DNA from: a virus
Direction: 5' to 3' (one strand)
Virus record (IMG/VR): IMGVR_UViG_3300028394_000001
Location: 106,521 to 170,520 of that record
DNA length: 64,000 bases
The position numbers and the translations under genes are program-made. Under the pieces are notes generated by a model that did no database searches, had not been told where the DNA came from, and saw nothing but the letters and a program-made list of their open reading frames with translations. Below are positions 36,526 through 46,700 of this stretch, piece by piece (the stretch's first letter is position 1; each line of letters begins with the position of its first letter).

Positions 36526-39500
36526 ATGTCTTTAAATTTCAATGTTAGCCCATATTTTGACGATTTTGATCCATCAAAAAACTTTCACCGTATACTTTTC
36601 AAACCAGGTTCTGCGGTCCAAGCTCGTGAATTAACGCAATCTCAAACCATTCTGCAAAATCAAATTTCAAATTTTGCATCATCGATCTTTTCCACAAATA
36701 CTCCAGTTTCTGGTGGCCAAGTAACGGTTAACCAAAATTGTTATTTTATTAAATTGAATAACACATATAATGGAATAACTGTTGTTGCAGAAAATTTTGC
36801 AGGTCAATTAATTCAAGATGCAAGTGGAACAATTCTCGCTAGAGTTTTAGCCACATCCGAGTCAACAGCCAGTGGTTCCGTTGCTGGTGATCCTCCAACA
36901 TTAATCATATCATATCTGTCGGGTGCTAAATTTACAGATGAAGTTGTTCTTACAACAGCAAGTGGTCCAACATATTTCGCTTCTGTTATAACATCTACAA
37001 CAACAAATATATCAACAGGATCATCTTCTGTTGCCTCAATTTCTAGTGGTGTTTTCTATGTAGTTAATGGTTATTCCGTTTCAGACACCACAGGTATTAA
37101 ATATTCAATTGGTAATTTTGTTCAAGTTGATCCACAAACAATCATACTAAACAAATATGATAATACACCATCTTATAGAATTGGTCTGCAAATTACAGAA
37201 ACAATTTATGATTATATAAATGATTCTTCTCTATTAGATCCGGCGGTTGGTGCTTCAAATTATCAAGCGCCAGGTGCAGACCGTTATGTTATTACCTTAA
37301 CACTCGTAACACTGCCATTAACACTAGGTAATGATGACAATTTTATTGAATTGGTTCGTATTGAAAATGGTAAAATCTCAAAACAAGTTGATGGTACAGT
37401 ATATTCAACCATCGATGATTACTTTGCAAAACGTGATTATGAAACAAACGGTGATTATATCGTTAATGATTTTAAACTGACACCATCAGCAAACTCAATA
37501 TCACCAACGGAATATGATTTAAACATTAGTAAAGGTGTTGCATATGTTCACGGTTATAGAGTTGAGAGCCAATCTGATATTAAATTAACAAACGACAGAG
37601 CTCAATCTGTTGCAAATATTAGTAATAATCCCGTCTTTATTGATTATGGAAATTATTTTGTTGTCGATACTGCAAATGGCGTTTTCGACATTTCAACAAT
37701 GCCGCAAGTTGATTTGCATTGTGTTCCTGCAGCTAACGTCATTTCGACCAATACCAAAACTTATTCAGCCACTTTGGCGGGTACAGCTTTTATTCGCAAT
37801 CTAAAATACGCTTCAGGAACTGGAACAAATACAAAATCTTATGTTTACAATGCATATATTTCAGATTTTTCCGCAAACAAATTAACCGGAAATGTTACTT
37901 CAGGTACCACAAATACATTTACCATTACAGATACAACTGGTTCTTTTTCACCTGTTGCAAATGCATATTATGATATGACCGTCAGTATGAATACAGGTGG
38001 TCTAATTGATGTTAGAAATATTGTTAGTTATAATGGTTCCACCAAAACAGCAACTGTTGATTATCCGTTTACAGTTTCACCTACAGCAAGTTCAATATTT
38101 TCATTAATATTCAGAGGCACTGATGTTGAGTCTATTATTAAAACCGCAGGTTCAGGTTCATATGCAACAACTGCAAATGTTAATATTAACTCCACCAGTG
38201 GAAAAGTTAACGGCCTTGCAAATTCTCAAACAATATTATTCTCTCAAGTATCACCTGAAGTAATATATCAAATTGGATATCCTTATGTTGCTCAGTTGAT
38301 TACAACATCATATTACACACAAAGAGTATACCGATCAAAAACATTTACTGGTACAACATTAACGCTACAATCTACTTCCGGAAATGCAAGCAATCCATTA
38401 AAATTTACAGGTTCTGGAACCTTAGACAGTTCATCAGCTCAACAACTGTTCATGGTTATTGATAATTCAACAGGAAGTGTTATGGATTTTACCACATCAG
38501 GTAATACAATTTCCATTTCAGGCGATAAAACCACAGCAACCTTCACTGTTGGATCAGGCGTTGGAACAAATAAAAATGTTACAATTATCGCACAAGTTCA
38601 AGTGAGTAGTGGTGATTCTTCGAGTTATGTTTTAAAATCTAAGAGTTTAGTTACAGGAAATACCACAATTGTTGGTACACTCGCATCAATTGCGGGTACA
38701 AATTCTTATCAGGACTTAACAAAAGGTCAAATTACAATTAAAAATTCAGATGTTACCACAACTGGAAAAATATCTTTATATGTAAATGACGTTAAGAAAA
38801 TTACAAAAGTTTTTGATTCGGGTGTAGCAGGAACAAACCCAACTGGTTCATTGTCAAATTACACAGATGTTACTTCCTACTATAAATTAGACAACGGCCA
38901 AAGAGACAATTTTTATGACCATGCATCTGTATCATTAATTCCAGGTGCACCTCGCCCAGTAGGCAACATCTTAGTTGTTGTGGACTACTATTCACATAGT
39001 CAAGCTTCATCTGGTGATGGTTACTTTAGCATTCAATCATACAATACTTCAGGATCAACATACGGTGGCGTATCGAGTTCAGCTGAAGCTTATGCACAAA
39101 TTGGAACATACACAGCTAATGACGGTGTTAAATATACATTAGGTGATTGTATTGATTTCAGGCCTTGCCGTGTAAATAGCCAGACTGCCTATATTTGGGA
39201 ATATTCAGGATCTCAAACTTCCAGTAATGATATTGGTATGTTAATACCGAATAATTTATCAAATTTTTCAGGATTCTATCAATATTATTTGGCTAGAAAA
39301 GATAAATTGGTATTAACAAAAGATAAGAGTTTCAATATTATTCAAGGAACACCTTCTGTCAATCCTTCTTTTCCAAATCAACCTGCCGGTTCTCTAGTAA
39401 TAGCAAATCTCTCACATGACGCTTATACAGCTTTTGTTCCAGGTGAAGGTACTCCAGGTACAATTTCTAACCTATCTATTAATAAGATTATTCACAAGCG

Positions 39501-42500
39501 TTGGGCTAAAGAAGACATTACAGATTTAGAAACCCGTATTAATAATTTGGAATACTATACATCTTTAAGTATTTTAGAATCGAAAGCAAGTTCTCAACAA
39601 ATTCCTGATGCTAATGGTTTGAATAGATTTAAAAATGGTATTTTAGTTGATGATTTTTCATCATTTGGAACAGCAGATACTTATAATCCAGACTACGCTG
39701 CAAACATTAATGTACGCAAAAATCAAATGTCGGCGTTGCAAACTGTTGAAAATTTTCAATTACAAAATCCTGTCGTTCTTGCTGGTTTAGGTACGATAGC
39801 AAATACAGGCAGTTATAGCATTAGTGGCATCAATAATGCTCAAACTAATCTATTCACATTACCATTTACAACTGAAAATGTTGCATATCAACCACTTGCA
39901 AGCAGTACAGTTTCGGTTAATCCTTTCAATGTTTCAGTAACTGAAGGTATTCTAAATTTAAATCCTCCAATGGATAATTGGGTAGATAACAACGAATCTC
40001 CTGCAATTCTAATAACTGATCCTAATTTCCAAGTTTATCAATCCAGTAATGGCGTTAACTTATTAAGTTCAGGTGACTATCAAACAATACCAGGAACAAC
40101 AACCTTTAAAAGCACTACATCAACAAGTACAACAGGAAATCAAGTTGTGGGGTCAGCAACAACAACCATAGTAACCGACACTTATGTTAATCAGATAAAA
40201 AATACTCTTTCAGGTGCTTATAATCCATCATCTTCAACTTTTGCAATGAATAATGGTTATTTGACAAATGTTGCAATATTACCATACATTAGAAGTCAAA
40301 GAATTGTTATTAGTGCAACAAATATGTTAGTTAATTCAAATGTATCAACATATTTTGATGGTGTAGATGTATCTAAATATTTGTCTAATCCAAATACCAT
40401 CGAATTAACTGCTGTATCTGGAACATTCAACAAAGATGATATTGTTGGTTTCTACATAGCAAATGTTTTTTATCCAGTTGCTCGAGTAATTAACGTATAT
40501 TATTATCCAAATACATCAAAAGTTCGTTTATATGTTGCAGATATAGTTGGCGCACCAAATGCAGTAGGATCAACAATATTAAGAAATGCATTTTTCGACG
40601 TTAGTGGTAATTATGTTTCTTCTTCTGCATCAGGAACCGTGCCGGCTGGAGCAATAGTAAACATAAGTCAATCAGGATCAATCAGTGGTGTTGGAGGAGG
40701 TTGGTCTAACACATTAAATAGTGGAACAACAACTCAATTATATGGAACACCAGTAGTACAAAACTATTCAACTCTACTTAACAATTATGGTATTTGGGGT
40801 GATGCAACTAACGGAACAACATTTAATTTCACTTCGCCGGTAACATTCACAACGGCAGGAACATATACCATAGAAGTTGGTGCATCTGGCAGCGCTTTTG
40901 TTTATGCAAATGGAACAAGTATTGGTGCATCCTTATCAAGCACACCCGCATCTACGACAACATTCACATATACAGTCGCAACTGCTCCAGCTACAGTAAG
41001 AATTGGTTTTTCTGCGACAAGTTCAGGTACAACAACCTCAGCTTTTGGTATGACGATCAAAGATTCTGGAAGTAATATTGTTTATTCAACAATCAATCCA
41101 CCAATCTCATATGTAAATGCAGGTACAAAATCTATATTGCCTGGTGGTGGTGAATGGTTCATTGATGCCACACAATTAAGATTAGATCCATCAACTGCGT
41201 CCAATATTTCAGATTATTATGTAGGCTCAACTATAAGTGTAACTTCAAAATATGTTTATATATTCAATAACAGATATTACAGTAAAACTCAGACATTCAA
41301 TTCAACTATTACCGCCTACAGTAACGCAACAAAATTAGTCACATTATCCACACCTGTTAATTTATCATTAGGAACAAATTCACAAATAGGTGGAGATATA
41401 ACTTCTGTTTATTCAATTAGTGGTAATTTAAGTAAAATTAATGCTGCAGTTCAAGCAGGAACTTCACTAGCTAAACCATCCACAGATGAAGCTGGTAATT
41501 TTGTTGCTGTTTTCAATATACCACCTGGAGTATTCAAAACAGGTAGCAGAGTGTTTCGTATAGATAACAGAACTGTTGCAACTCAGCCATCAACCGCAAC
41601 AACAATAGCTGAAGCTACATTTGTTGCTTCCGGTTTATCGACAGTATCACAACAAGTAAATTTTGCACCTTCATTAGATTCATCCAGCTCAGTGTTTACA
41701 CAGGTGAGTGAGTTATCAAATCAATTTATTAGTTCAAATAGAAGTAGCACCACAAGAAGTTGGGACTTGACGCCTCCACCGCCGCCGCCACCACCACCGC
41801 CACCGCCGCCACAGAATTCAGATCCACTTGCCCAGACTTTTATTGTTTCTAAAGAAAATTATCCTAATGGAATTTTCTTATATTCAGTTAAATTATTTTT
41901 CTATTCAAAAGCTACAGATAATTCTCCAGTCAGACTTACTGTTGTTCCCACACTTAATGGTTATCCAACAGGAGATACGTTGGACTATTCAACTGTATAC
42001 CTAGAACCAAGTAAGGTTAATGTTTCAACTACACCACATTATTTGGATCCATCTTCTTATACTGAATTTATTTTCCCTGCACCTGTTTATATTCAATCGG
42101 GTGTTATGTATGCTTTCATTGTAAAATCTTCTTCGAAAGATTATTTGGTTTATTACGGTCAACAAAATCAAATTGCTATACCTTCTACAGCGAAGGCTAA
42201 AGTGTCTGATCCAAATCCAGCCAGTCCGACAAAAATTACGGCTTCACCTTATATTGGTTCTCTATTTGAATCACAAAATAGTATAACATGGTCAGCAGAC
42301 CAAACTAAATCTATGATGTTTGTTATGGAAAAATGTGTATTCTCAACTGACAGAGTTTCAATACCTTTTATTATTCCTAAAAATCTACCATATAGAAAAA
42401 TGGGAAGTCAAGAAATTTTGAATAAGTTAGATGCAAATAGTGCTTCAAACCTATTTGGAAACTATTCACTAGATAAAAATTATCATGCATTAAACATCAC

Positions 42501-43497
42501 TACAACAGATTTCACACCTTCAGGAACTGATATTAATTATACATATGCTACAACATTAAGTACCGGAAATGTTCCGACAGGTGTTAAATCAGTCAATCCT
42601 GGAAAATTAGGAAGTCCCACATATGAAGACATTTATCTGTCCGATGGTAATGGAGAAAGAGTCCTATTGAGATCCTCAAATAGTTCATTCTCTTTGTATG
42701 CATCATTAGTTACAAATGATTCCGATGTGTCTCCAATCATTTCCGATGATGGTCTTACACTGTATACTGTTTCCTATAACATTAACAACATGGGTATTGG
42801 TAATAACATTATTTCAATTAGCAATCCAGGTTATGGTTATAATGTTAATACAACAACAATATCAATTTCAAGTCCTGATATTGGTTCCAATACTGCATCA
42901 TTAGGATTTACTGCAAATGCAAATGGTGCAATTACTTCAGTTTATACCATCACATCAGGAGCTGGTTACATTAACACACCAACAATTACAATTTCCGATG
43001 CTGCAACTCGCGGCGGAAATGCAAATGTTGTTATAACTGTTGCAGGTGAAACCTCACCTTCAGGTGGTAATTCAATTGCAAAATACTTCACAAAGAAAGT
43101 TGTACTTGCACCAGGAAATGATTCAGGTGATTTGCGTGTATACTATACAGCTTATAAACCACCTGGGACAGCTGTTTATGTTTACTACAAAATTCTAAAC
43201 GCTGACGATACTTCAACATTTGAATCTGGAAATTGGCAATTAATGACCACTCTCCAAAATCCAAATACATACTCCAAATCTAGGACTGACCTATATGAAT
43301 ATGAGTGTGCTCCTGGAATTTTTGCAAGTAATCAAGCTGATAACAGTATAAGTTACACCAATTCCACAACAGGCCAGACGTATAATTCATTCATCCAATT
43401 TGCAATCAAGGTAGTTTTGGCAACAAGTGATAATACCATTGTTCCATTCCTAACAGATATTCGCGCATTAGCATTACCGGCAGGAACAGGAATCTAA
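36526..43497 (+). CDS. giant virion structural protein (DUF4815 / VrlC-like)
   Basis: FNVSPYFDDFD..KNFHRILFKPG.AVQARELTQ.Q.ILQNQI, APGADR, RI.NLEYYTSL, RFKNG..VDDF, DPLAQTF. Confidence 0.82.
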   Translation: MSLNFNVSPYFDDFDPSKNFHRILFKPGSAVQARELTQSQTILQNQISNFASSIFSTNTPVSGGQVTVNQNCYFIKLNNTYNGITVVAENFAGQLIQDASGTILARVLATSESTASGSVAGDPPTLIISYLSGAKFTDEVVLTTASGPTYFASVITSTTTNISTGSSSVASISSGVFYVVNGYSVSDTTGIKYSIGNFVQVDPQTIILNKYDNTPSYRIGLQITETIYDYINDSSLLDPAVGASNYQAPGADRYVITLTLVTLPLTLGNDDNFIELVRIENGKISKQVDGTVYSTIDDYFAKRDYETNGDYIVNDFKLTPSANSISPTEYDLNISKGVAYVHGYRVESQSDIKLTNDRAQSVANISNNPVFIDYGNYFVVDTANGVFDISTMPQVDLHCVPAANVISTNTKTYSATLAGTAFIRNLKYASGTGTNTKSYVYNAYISDFSANKLTGNVTSGTTNTFTITDTTGSFSPVANAYYDMTVSMNTGGLIDVRNIVSYNGSTKTATVDYPFTVSPTASSIFSLIFRGTDVESIIKTAGSGSYATTANVNINSTSGKVNGLANSQTILFSQVSPEVIYQIGYPYVAQLITTSYYTQRVYRSKTFTGTTLTLQSTSGNASNPLKFTGSGTLDSSSAQQLFMVIDNSTGSVMDFTTSGNTISISGDKTTATFTVGSGVGTNKNVTIIAQVQVSSGDSSSYVLKSKSLVTGNTTIVGTLASIAGTNSYQDLTKGQITIKNSDVTTTGKISLYVNDVKKITKVFDSGVAGTNPTGSLSNYTDVTSYYKLDNGQRDNFYDHASVSLIPGAPRPVGNILVVVDYYSHSQASSGDGYFSIQSYNTSGSTYGGVSSSAEAYAQIGTYTANDGVKYTLGDCIDFRPCRVNSQTAYIWEYSGSQTSSNDIGMLIPNNLSNFSGFYQYYLARKDKLVLTKDKSFNIIQGTPSVNPSFPNQPAGSLVIANLSHDAYTAFVPGEGTPGTISNLSINKIIHKRWAKEDITDLETRINNLEYYTSLSILESKASSQQIPDANGLNRFKNGILVDDFSSFGTADTYNPDYAANINVRKNQMSALQTVENFQLQNPVVLAGLGTIANTGSYSISGINNAQTNLFTLPFTTENVAYQPLASSTVSVNPFNVSVTEGILNLNPPMDNWVDNNESPAILITDPNFQVYQSSNGVNLLSSGDYQTIPGTTTFKSTTSTSTTGNQVVGSATTTIVTDTYVNQIKNTLSGAYNPSSSTFAMNNGYLTNVAILPYIRSQRIVISATNMLVNSNVSTYFDGVDVSKYLSNPNTIELTAVSGTFNKDDIVGFYIANVFYPVARVINVYYYPNTSKVRLYVADIVGAPNAVGSTILRNAFFDVSGNYVSSSASGTVPAGAIVNISQSGSISGVGGGWSNTLNSGTTTQLYGTPVVQNYSTLLNNYGIWGDATNGTTFNFTSPVTFTTAGTYTIEVGASGSAFVYANGTSIGASLSSTPASTTTFTYTVATAPATVRIGFSATSSGTTTSAFGMTIKDSGSNIVYSTINPPISYVNAGTKSILPGGGEWFIDATQLRLDPSTASNISDYYVGSTISVTSKYVYIFNNRYYSKTQTFNSTITAYSNATKLVTLSTPVNLSLGTNSQIGGDITSVYSISGNLSKINAAVQAGTSLAKPSTDEAGNFVAVFNIPPGVFKTGSRVFRIDNRTVATQPSTATTIAEATFVASGLSTVSQQVNFAPSLDSSSSVFTQVSELSNQFISSNRSSTTRSWDLTPPPPPPPPPPPPPQNSDPLAQTFIVSKENYPNGIFLYSVKLFFYSKATDNSPVRLTVVPTLNGYPTGDTLDYSTVYLEPSKVNVSTTPHYLDPSSYTEFIFPAPVYIQSGVMYAFIVKSSSKDYLVYYGQQNQIAIPSTAKAKVSDPNPASPTKITASPYIGSLFESQNSITWSADQTKSMMFVMEKCVFSTDRVSIPFIIPKNLPYRKMGSQEILNKLDANSASNLFGNYSLDKNYHALNITTTDFTPSGTDINYTYATTLSTGNVPTGVKSVNPGKLGSPTYEDIYLSDGNGERVLLRSSNSSFSLYASLVTNDSDVSPIISDDGLTLYTVSYNINNMGIGNNIISISNPGYGYNVNTTTISISSPDIGSNTASLGFTANANGAITSVYTITSGAGYINTPTITISDAATRGGNANVVITVAGETSPSGGNSIAKYFTKKVVLAPGNDSGDLRVYYTAYKPPGTAVYVYYKILNADDTSTFESGNWQLMTTLQNPNTYSKSRTDLYEYECAPGIFASNQADNSISYTNSTTGQTYNSFIQFAIKVVLATSDNTIVPFLTDIRALALPAGTGI
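41773..41811 (+). repeat. poly-proline tract (13 Pro, CCN repeat)
   Basis: cct cca ccg ccg ccg cca cca cca ccg cca ccg ccg cca, just before NSDPLAQTF. Confidence 0.95.
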
Positions 43498-43498
43498 C

Positions 43499-43720
43499 AT
43501 GCAACTAGTAAAAGTTACCAATACAAATTTTGTTCGTGATATTGAAAGTAGAGCTCTAATGCCTACTGATAATACAGAAAAAAATGAGTATTATGCTAAG
43601 CTTAGGTTGGTTAAGATGCAAAAAGATGAAATAAATAAAGTAAAGTCAGAAATAGATTGCATCAAATCGGATATGTGTGAAATAAAATCCCTGTTGCAAC
43701 AATTACTAATAAAAGGTTAA
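43499..43720 (+). CDS. small coiled-coil protein
   Basis: LVKV....FVRD..S.A...T...EY followed by a heptad C-terminus; follows the DUF4815-like gene. Confidence 0.75.
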   Translation: MQLVKVTNTNFVRDIESRALMPTDNTEKNEYYAKLRLVKMQKDEINKVKSEIDCIKSDMCEIKSLLQQLLIKG

Positions 43721-43721
43721 G

Positions 43722-46700
43722 ATGGCAAATACAGTTAATATTTTAGGCTACGCCAACACATTTGGTGATTGGATCGTTGCAACTAATGCAGGTTCCAATG
43801 AAATCAATTCTATTGGTAAATACGATTGGACCAAAGATTCTGGCACATTGACTTTAAATGGTACAGGTACTGCTTTAACTGTTGCTAATAATGTCATTGT
43901 TGCAGGTCAATTACTGGTTACAGGTACAGCTTCTTCAGCAACTATCGACAATAATTTAACTGTAGGTAAACAAGTATATTTTACAAACACTACACAAAGC
44001 TTGGTTGCAAGTGGTTCTGTTACTGCAAATGGTACAGTTTATGCTAGCAATACAGGAACAAGTTTAGCCGTTGCAAACAATACTACAATTGGAGGTTCTT
44101 TAACGGTAGGTGGTGTAACATTAATCTCAAATACATTAACTGTTACTAAATCAACAGTTCTTCAAAATACTTTGAGTGTTGGTAAAGACACAATAATTAC
44201 AGGTAATTTAAATGCAACATTAGAAACTTATACTAACTTATTAGTATCTAATACGGCTATCAGAGCAGCAGTTTTATCAGTTCTTGGTACCACTTATACT
44301 AACACACTTCAGGCCAATACAAACATTTTAACTGGGGTAATTCAATCTAACACTTCAGTAAATACCGCAACACTATCTGTAACAGGCACATCCTTTACAG
44401 ATAAACTACAATCTAACACCGCAGTTAATACTGCCACAATATCCGTTACTGGTGCAAGTTTTACCAATACTTTACAAGCTAACACCGCCGTAAATACAGC
44501 CACGTCTTCAGTAACAGGCGCAAGTTTTACCAATACTTTACAAGCTAACACCGCTGTAAATACAGCCACACTATCTGTTACCAATATTTCATATACCGAT
44601 AAACTACAAGCTAATGCCGTTGTAAATACTGCGACTTCTTCGGTGACAGGTATTTCTTACACAGATAAGTTACAATCTAATACAGCAGTTAATACTGCCA
44701 CAATATCCGTTACTGGTGCAAGTTTTACTAACACACTTCAATCTAATACGGCAGTTAATACTGCGACTTCTTCAGTGACTGGTATTTCTCATACTGATAG
44801 ATTACAAGCTAATAGTTCAGTTAATACGGCTACAATATCTGTTACTAATATTTCTCACACAGATAGATTACAGGCTAATAGTTCAGTAAATACCGCAACA
44901 CTATCTGTTACCAATATTTCTCATATCGATAAAGTGCAAGCTAATAGCGTTGTAAATACAGCCACATTATCTGTTACCAACATTGCTTATACTGATAAGT
45001 TACAAGCTAATAGTGTTGTAAATACCGCCACACTATCGGTCACAGGTGTTTCGTATACTAACACACTTCAGGCCAATACGAATGTTTTAACTGGAGTAAT
45101 TCAGTCTAATACTGCTGTTAATACGGCTACAATATCTGTTACTAATATTTCTCATACAGATAGATTACAGGCTAATAGTTCAGTTAATACTGCTATTTTA
45201 TCTGTTACCAATATTTCTCATATCGATAAAGTACAAGCTAATAGCGTTGTTAATACAGCCACATTATCGGTTACCAATATTTCGTTTACAGATAAGTTAC
45301 AGGCTAATAGCGTTGTAAATACAGCCACATTATCTGTTACTAACATTGCTTATACCGATAAGTTACAAGCTAATAGCGTTGTAAATACAGCCACATTATC
45401 CGTGGTTGGCAATACTTGGACTAATAGAGTTCAAGCTAATGCTTCCGTAAATACAGCCACATTATCCGTGGTTGGCAATACTTGGACTAATGCATTACAA
45501 GCTAACGCGACAGTTAATACGGTTACAATGTCTGTGGTTGGCACTAGTTACACAGGATATTTGCAATCTAATAATACTGTAAACACTACTACAATTTCAG
45601 CAACAGGAAATACATATACTAGTTATCTTATTGCAAATAATGATATTTCTGTATCTAAACTGTATGTTACGAGTACACTTCTTTCGGCAACAAATGCTGT
45701 AGGTGCATTCCAATCTCTAACAACATCGGCCGGTTTGACTGTTGGTGGTACGTTTACAATTAACGGAACAACAGTTTATACAACAAATAATTTTGTAATA
45801 AACGCAAACACTTATACACCAATCACAAGTTATTTTAGTGTTAATAGGGGTACTGCAAATAATCAACCCACTGGTATTCCAAATGCAAATGCATCCATTC
45901 GTTGGAACGAATCAAACAAATATTGGGATATTTTAGATTCAAATAATGGCATTTACTATTCGCAAATTATGACTGCGAATATGATTTCTGATAGTGCAAC
46001 ATCTACAAGTATTTCAACTGTTCCAACAAGTAAAATTTCAACCGCAATTTATGCTCATGCGAACGCGGCCTTTGAGCAAGCTAATGTAGCAATACCAGCT
46101 AGCTCGTATGCTAACTCAGCTTACCTGCAAGCTAATTCAGCCTATGTGTCACAGAATACAACCGGTCAATATGCTAACTCGGCCTATGGTGTATCCAATT
46201 CAGCTAGTTCGTATGCTAATTCAGCTTACCGTGGCGCAAATTCAGCCAGTTCGTATGCTAATTCAGCATTTATTACTGCTAACAATGCTTTAGCTAATGT
46301 TGGTTCCATGGTTACGTCTAATAGCAGTACCATGTATACTTTTGCCAACAATTCGGCATCCACTTCGAATGTCACAGGTTCCGTTGTTATTGCGGGCGGC
46401 CTTGGTGTAGGTGGTAGTGTATACACTGGCAATGTTGTGATTAGAGGTTCTGGTAATGGTATTACCTTTGTTGATGGTTCGGTTCAATTCACAGCAGGTT
46501 CACCTGCAGCATCTGTATATGCTAATGCCGGTTTTGCACAGGCTAATACAGGTACTCTAAATGCAGCGTCAGCCAGTTCATACGCTAATGGTGCATTCTT
46601 AGTAGCTAATACAGGTACTTTAAATGCTGCAGCAGGAAGTTCATATGCCAACTCAGCTTATGGTGTAGCTAATAATGCATTGGCTAATACTGGCACATCA

